64,000 nucleotides of DNA from TPA_inf: Saccharomyces (Eukaryota). Shown one piece after another: positions 58,489 through 64,000 of this stretch. The notes below the pieces were generated by a model that was not told where the DNA came from, did not search any database, and was given only the letters and a program-made list of their open reading frames with translations. The DNA lies in assembly GCA_000146045.2 (NCBI GenBank), contig BK006941.2, forward strand, positions 416,001-480,000, given 5' to 3'. Position 1 is the first letter of the stretch. Each line of letters starts with the position of its first letter. The position numbers were made by a program, and so were the translations under genes.

Positions 58489-59247
58489 TTAATCTTGTTC
58501 AGCAATTGCTACTAGCCTTTCTTCGATGTTCTCAGCACTCAAGGTAAAGAATTTGTCCTTTGTAGCGACACCGACTTCCAAGTCATTCTTTGAAAATTCG
58601 GTACCCAGTGCGTCAATCATATGAGTAATAGCAAATTCTACCACCTTCTCCCATGATTCTTCATTAATATGGTCGATTTTACTCTTTTTGAAATGGTTTT
58701 CTAAGTTTGTTGTGATCTCCTGTTGTTTTGGTCCTGTCGCAGTAGCTTTGTAGCCAACGTAATAACCTGCAGGGTCAGTTTTGTAAATGGAGGGACCCAA
58801 TTCTTCATCTACCGAAACAAATGTGAGTATAACACCTAATGGTCTCATATATGCTCTTTGAGTATAGATTTGGGAAAGGTTAGCCATTCTCTTAGCCAAT
58901 ACATCGCATGGCATATCATAACCATATTTATAACGGAATTCTGCAGCCTCAGCCTTGGCTCTTAGGGCCGCATTTCTTGCATCCGGTATTGGTCCGTTCA
59001 CTACCATACCAATTGTTCTTGAAATACAAAAAATATACGAAACAGTAGTTGGATCCAACAGTTTATCAGGGACCTTTTTCTGACTTATCACCACTGTACA
59101 ATCTTTACCTCTGACCGCTAGTGAGTTTATGTTAGTTTGATTAGTCGCTTTAAAGGCATATTCTACTTGATATAAACGACCCTCGGGGGAAAAGATAGTG
59201 ATGTGCCTGTCATAACCAGCAGCAGATGCAGCAGCAGCACCCGACAT
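58489..59247 (-). CDS. SCL1: 20S proteasome alpha-1 subunit
   Basis: 252-aa ORF. Alpha-type signature [20 protein letters not shown]. Confidence 0.93.
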
Positions 59248-59544
59248 GATTGTAATATGTTTTTTTCGCTTTGCTTCGTCTCTGCCCTTATATGATTTAG
59301 CATGAAGATTATAATGAGTTAGCCATTTAACTTACTCTATCCTTACGGTGGCAAATTGGTGTGTGCCCTTCGTCTATTGTGATATCATAATTAAGGATCG
59401 CGATTACCATTATAAGAGGATGGGGAAAAGGAATGCCAAGGTAAATCCAGGAAAGTGAAACTTGGGAGTTTGTTTGGAGGATATGTATATAAATATACGA
59501 GGTTTTGAGAATATAGTCTCTTCTTCTGTTATAAAAGAATAAAT

Positions 59545-60069
59545 ATGGGCGAAGGTTTGCTGGATTTAAGATCTCAGCTTGGATTTTACAAGTTTTACCA
59601 CCACAATCCTAAGAACGTTTTGATCCATTCCATATTTGTCCCCACAATCCTATTTAGTGGTAGCTGTATGCTCCACAGAGTCAAAATATATCAGAGTATT
59701 TCATTGACTGCTGTGCTAAGCGTTTTATTTTCCATATTTTATTGTCTTCTGTATTTACCCACAGGGCTATTAGCAGGAGTTCTCTTGCTTTTGTTAAATC
59801 TTGCACTCATCGATCACAGGGTTGATTTAACATTTAAGCAGGAACTGGGTTTGTTTACTATTGGTTGGATTTTCCAATTTGTTGGCCATGGTGTCTTTGA
59901 GAAAAGGAGGCCAGCGTTAATTGACAATCTAGTTCAGAGCTTGGTGCTGGCACCATATTTTATAATGTTCGAGTTCCTTTTCAAATTGGGTTTCATGCCT
60001 AGATTAAAGGCAACTCTCGAACATGATCTTGAAATTAAGCAAAGAAATTTGCGGATGCAAAGACAATAA
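59545..60069 (+). CDS. MPO1: DUF962 membrane protein, putative fatty-acid dioxygenase (systematic YGL010W)
   Basis: 174-aa ORF with 4 predicted TM segments. Confidence 0.8.
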   Translation: MGEGLLDLRSQLGFYKFYHHNPKNVLIHSIFVPTILFSGSCMLHRVKIYQSISLTAVLSVLFSIFYCLLYLPTGLLAGVLLLLLNLALIDHRVDLTFKQELGLFTIGWIFQFVGHGVFEKRRPALIDNLVQSLVLAPYFIMFEFLFKLGFMPRLKATLEHDLEIKQRNLRMQRQ

Positions 60070-60312
60070 AGAGGGATAATGTTGCATTTAAAGTACATGT
60101 TCCTCTGTAGCATTCACAAAACCTGCATGCATTAACAAGGGCTAGCATTATAAACTTCATCAATGATGTTATAGTCAAATAAATAAATAATTAGTGAGTA
60201 CGTTAGATTACGTATTAATAATAAATAAGTAGTTTGGTTTTAGAAAAGGATGGTGTGCTTGTCGCTGAGACACATGTTATTGACGCCAGGTTTGGACGTT
60301 GTTTTTCACTGT

Positions 60313-62652
60313 CTACCAATCCTGGTGGACTTTATCGAAAGTAGTTGTAACAGCTTTTCTTTTTGGAACGTTGTCAAATTTTAATAATTTTGATCCACCT
60401 TCCAAGAATGAGTATTTCTCTCTTCTCAAAGCTTCGTATCTGGAAATGTATTCTTCCTTTTGCAATGTAATACCAATATCATCAAGACCGTTAACTAGGC
60501 AGTGCTTTCTGAAAGGTTCTATTTCAAAATGATCAACGAGCACATTGCCATCGGAATCCAAAATTTTTTGATTTGGTAAATCGACGCAGAGCTTACCACC
60601 CTTATTAGCAATAGGGATCAATTTGTCAATGATTATTTGTTGATCCAATCTAATAGGTAATAAGCCGTTCTTGAAAGAGTTGTTGTAGAAAATATCACCG
60701 TAAGAAGGTGCAATGATGGATTTTATACCAAAGTCTTTTAGAGCCCATGGTGCGTGTTCTCTGGAAGAACCACATCCGAAATTGTCACCAGTAACAACCA
60801 ATATTTCAGCTTCCCTCCAAGGTTCAACATTTAATACAAAATCGGTTTCTTGATCCTTACCTTGATCGTCTTTACGGAAACGCCATTCATAAAACAACCC
60901 TTTTTTCAAACCCGTTCTCTTAATTGTCTTTAAAAATTGCTTTGGGATAATAGCGTCTGTATCAACATTGGCCTTATCTAATGGTGCGCTAATACCTTCC
61001 AAAGTCAAAAATGGCTTCATGCCGGAAGAGCTAGGTTTAGCAGGTGTATCATCTGACTTCACTGGAATATCTTTTAATTCATCATTGGCAATATCTTGGG
61101 GAGCGTCTTCGGGTTGGACAGGTTCAGCGTGATCGTAAGCAGCACTTTCAAGCTCTTTTTCATCTTCGGAAGTGACCTCAACCTTTGGACTACTTTGGTC
61201 TTGATCCTTATATTCGAATTCTCTAATATCTACGAAGTGACCTGCGATACCTGCAGCAGCCGCCATGGCTGGGGACATTAGATGTGTACGAGACAAGGCA
61301 CCTTGACGACCTTCGAAATTTCTGTTGGAAGTAGAAGCACAACGTTCATAGGCATCCAAAATATCAGGGTTCATACCTAAACATATTGAACAACCAGCTT
61401 CTCTCCATTCAAAACCAGCTTCTTGGAAAATCTTGTCCAAACCTTCTGCTTCGGCTTGTTTTTTGACCAAACCAGATCCCGGAACAACCATAGCTAATTT
61501 GATGTTACTAGCCAATTTTTGACCCCTAACTACAGCTGCAGCACTTCTTAAATCTTCAATACGGCCATTGGTACAAGATCCAATAAAGACTTTATCTACT
61601 TTGATGCTCTTTAGCGGTGTGTTAGGTTCCAAACCCATATAGGCTAAGGCTCTTTCCATACCAGATTTCTTTATTGGGTCTGTAACATTTTTTGGATCTG
61701 GTACGGAACCAGTAATTGGTAAGGCATCTTGAGGAGAAGTACCCCATGTAATAGTTGGAATCACGTCGACAGCTTCAATGTTGATTTCGTGGTCAAATTT
61801 GGCACCTTCGTCTGTTTTCAAAGTTTTCCAGTAGGCAACAGCCTTTTCCCATTCGGCACCTTTTGGAGCCAAAGGTCTGCCTTTGGTGTATTGGAAAGTA
61901 GTTTCGTCTGGTTTAATCATACCTGCTCTTGCACCAGCTTCGATGGCCATGTTACACATGGACATACGTGCTTCCATAGAAAGAGCTTCAATGGCTTCAC
62001 CTGCGAATTCAATAACGCAACCAGTACCACCTGCAGTACCTATCAGACCAATAATATACAAAATCAAATCTTTAGATGTGATACCAGGTGATAGCTTACC
62101 ATTAACAGTAATTCTCATGTTTTTCGATTTAGCTTGGATAATTGTTTGAGTGGCCAAGACGTGTTCAACTTCAGAAGTACCAATACCAAAGGCCAGCGAA
62201 CCAAAGGCACCGTGAGTAGAGGTATGAGAGTCACCACAAACAACAGTGGTACCTGGTAAAGTGAAACCTTCTTCGGGACCGATGGTGTGGACGATACCTT
62301 GTCTGGCATCACTCATACCGAAATATGGAACGCCGAACTGTTTAACATTATTCTCTAAAGTTTTGACTTGTAAACGCGAATCAGTTTGCTTGATAAATGT
62401 GTCTAGTGATTTGAAATTCTTTCTTGATTCAGTTGGAATATTATGATCTACAGTAGCTAGAGTACAATCAACTCTTCTGACCTTTCTGCCGGCATTTTCT
62501 AGGCCTTCGAAAGCTTGTGGAGAGGTGACTTCATGAACCAAGTGTCTGTCGATATACAACAAAAAGGAACCATTTTCATCTTGATGGACAACATGTGCAT
62601 CAAAAACCTTATCGTAAAGAGTTCTTGGACCCTTGGATGGAGTGTAAACCAT
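60313..62652 (-). CDS. LEU1: 3-isopropylmalate dehydratase (fused large and small aconitase-family domains)
   Basis: 779-aa [19 protein letters not shown]... Fe-S ligand cysteines ([16 protein letters not shown]). Confidence 0.95.
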   Translation of the reverse strand: MVYTPSKGPRTLYDKVFDAHVVHQDENGSFLLYIDRHLVHEVTSPQAFEGLENAGRKVRRVDCTLATVDHNIPTESRKNFKSLDTFIKQTDSRLQVKTLENNVKQFGVPYFGMSDARQGIVHTIGPEEGFTLPGTTVVCGDSHTSTHGAFGSLAFGIGTSEVEHVLATQTIIQAKSKNMRITVNGKLSPGITSKDLILYIIGLIGTAGGTGCVIEFAGEAIEALSMEARMSMCNMAIEAGARAGMIKPDETTFQYTKGRPLAPKGAEWEKAVAYWKTLKTDEGAKFDHEINIEAVDVIPTITWGTSPQDALPITGSVPDPKNVTDPIKKSGMERALAYMGLEPNTPLKSIKVDKVFIGSCTNGRIEDLRSAAAVVRGQKLASNIKLAMVVPGSGLVKKQAEAEGLDKIFQEAGFEWREAGCSICLGMNPDILDAYERCASTSNRNFEGRQGALSRTHLMSPAMAAAAGIAGHFVDIREFEYKDQDQSSPKVEVTSEDEKELESAAYDHAEPVQPEDAPQDIANDELKDIPVKSDDTPAKPSSSGMKPFLTLEGISAPLDKANVDTDAIIPKQFLKTIKRTGLKKGLFYEWRFRKDDQGKDQETDFVLNVEPWREAEILVVTGDNFGCGSSREHAPWALKDFGIKSIIAPSYGDIFYNNSFKNGLLPIRLDQQIIIDKLIPIANKGGKLCVDLPNQKILDSDGNVLVDHFEIEPFRKHCLVNGLDDIGITLQKEEYISRYEALRREKYSFLEGGSKLLKFDNVPKRKAVTTTFDKVHQDW

Positions 62653-62829
62653 GATTTAAAACAGCAAATAATAAAAATCGATAGCGACAAAAACTGTCAA
62701 TTTCAATATTCTTTATATTTGTTGACTGCTTAGATATTTTGAGAAAATTCAGCGGAAACAGCGTGATGAGTGAGTTAAGTTCTGCTGTTTAAATAAGTAT
62801 TCAACTACTATTGAAGCCGACTCATGAAG

Positions 62830-62869
62830 CCGGTTACGGACAAAACCGGGCAAATTTCGCCGGTCCCGG
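62830..62869. promoter_or_regulatory. Two Leu3 UAS elements (CCG-N4-CGG) in the LEU1 promoter
   Basis: CCGGTTACGG at 62830-62839 and CCGGTCCCGG at 62860-62869, which is 180-215 bp upstream of the LEU1 ATG. Confidence 0.7.
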
Positions 62870-62946
62870 AATTTTCGTTTCCGCAATAAAAGAACCGCTC
62901 ATCATCATAGCGCCAGGGTAGTATACTATAGAAGGTCAGACTAAAC

Positions 62947-62953
62947 TGAGTCA
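62947..62953. promoter_or_regulatory. Gcn4 response element in the LEU1 promoter
   Basis: TGAGTCA (ATGACTCAG on the LEU1 strand) about 295 bp upstream of LEU1. A weaker CGACTCA lies at 62818-62824. Confidence 0.6.
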
Positions 62954-63633
62954 TCTAGAGTAATGACGCCTTAGTAGCTTTTACATCTTCATAAGAAAAG
63001 GAAACTTGTAGAATGGCCTGGCGATTTGTTTGCTTTCTTGTGATGAAGAAATTTCGATGCGATTAACCGGCAAAATCAGTAAAGGTATTTCGCGGAGGCG
63101 GCCTTCAATCATCGAATACTACGTCTTAATATGATGTACTGTGGTTCATATTTTCAAGTAGTGTTAGTAAATTTGTATACGTTCATGTAAGTGTGTATCT
63201 TGAGTGTCTGTATGGGCGCATAAACGTAAGCGAGACTTCCAAATGGAGCAAACGAGAAGAGATCTTTAAAGTATTATAGAAGAGCTGGGCAGGAACTATT
63301 ATGACGTAAAGCCTTGACCATAATAAAGACGATTCTTTGTCCCTCTATACAAACATCTTGCAAAGATACCAAATATTTTCAAATCCTACTCAATAAAAAA
63401 TTAATGAATAAATTAGTGTGTGTGCATTATATATATTAAAAATTAAGAATTAGACTAAATAAAGTGTTTCTAAAAAAATATTAAAGTTGAAATGTGCGTG
63501 TTGTGAATTGTGCTCTATTAGAATAATTATGACTTGTGTGCGTTTCATATTTTAAAATAGGAAATAACCAAGAAAGAAAAAGTACCATCCAGAGAAACCA
63601 ATTATATCAAATCAAATAAAACAACCAGCTTCG

Positions 63634-63650
63634 GTGTGTGTGTGTGTGTG
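63634..63650. repeat. (GT)8 dinucleotide tract downstream of PMA1
   Basis: GTGTGTGTGTGTGTGTG. A second (GT)5 lies at 63689-63700. Confidence 0.85.
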
Positions 63651-63909
63651 AAGCTAAGAGTTGATGCCATTTAATCTAAAAATTTTAAGGTGTGTGTGTG
63701 GATAAAATATTAGAATGACAATTCGAGATGAAATTTTAAGCAAACTCTAGTAGGAAATAAGCGGCTTATTCTTGTTGGCTCCTAATTCTTTTTAGTGTAT
63801 CAGTTCCCATTGATAAAAAAATTAAAATTAAAATTAGAAAAATTAAACCAGAAAAATCAAGTTGATTAAAATGTGACAAAAATTATGATTAAATGCTACT
63901 TCAACAGGA

Positions 63910-64000
63910 TTAGGTTTCCTTTTCGTGTTGAGTAGAGACTCTTTGCATAGCAGCCATGAAGTCTTCGACACTTCTGGTAGACTTCTTTTCCTTCATTGGC
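63910..64000 (-). CDS. PMA1: Plasma-membrane H+-ATPase, C-terminal end (truncated by window edge)
   Basis: Reverse-strand translation gives ...MKEKKSTRSVEDFMAAMQRVSTQHEKET, then a stop whose complement lies at 63910-63912. Confidence 0.88.
   Translation of the reverse strand, partial: PMKEKKSTRSVEDFMAAMQRVSTQHEKET

Overview
This window reads as a native, collinear stretch of Saccharomyces cerevisiae nuclear DNA. By protein identity and gene order (RNA15, DST1, HEM2, OCH1, PNC1, MIG1, HOP2, AGA2, RPL24A, RPL30, SCW11, CWH41, TRP5, PGD1, PIB2, STT3, ALK1, GET1, CKB1, JAC1, ATE1, KAP122, PUF4, PDR1, ERG4, SCL1, MPO1, LEU1, PMA1 C-terminus) it matches the chromosome VII left-arm block from systematic names YGL044C to YGL008C. 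I call 36 protein-coding genes. Two of them are spliced: HOP2 has two introns and a 27-nt terminal exon, and RPL30 has a 3-nt first exon with a GUCAGU 5' splice site. There are two intron-containing tRNA genes (Leu-CAA and Phe-GAA). Several promoter elements can be read directly: URS1, the a-specific-gene operator, an STRE cluster, Leu3 and Gcn4 sites, and a Rap1-like site. There are numerous coding and non-coding simple repeats. I found no Ty/LTR remnant, no foreign insert and no unexplained multi-gene system; CRISPR is not applicable to a eukaryote. Intergenic spacings (for example 1258 bp between LEU1 and PMA1) look native. The most interesting unexplained signals are these. (i) A complete canonical intron signature (GTATGT ... 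TACTAAC ... polyU ... TAG, 457 nt) in the 5' leader of RPL24A. (ii) A GC-rich dyad island in the RPL24A/RPL30 divergent promoter. (iii) Two ORF-poor intervals of about 2.5 kb (HEM2 to tRNA-Leu, and MIG1 to HOP2) that could carry unannotated transcripts. Several ORFs in the six-frame track start at TTG or GTG; I trimmed those to the first in-frame ATG where the resulting length matched the protein I recognise. All gene-name and family assignments rest on my recognition of the translated sequences, not on any search.
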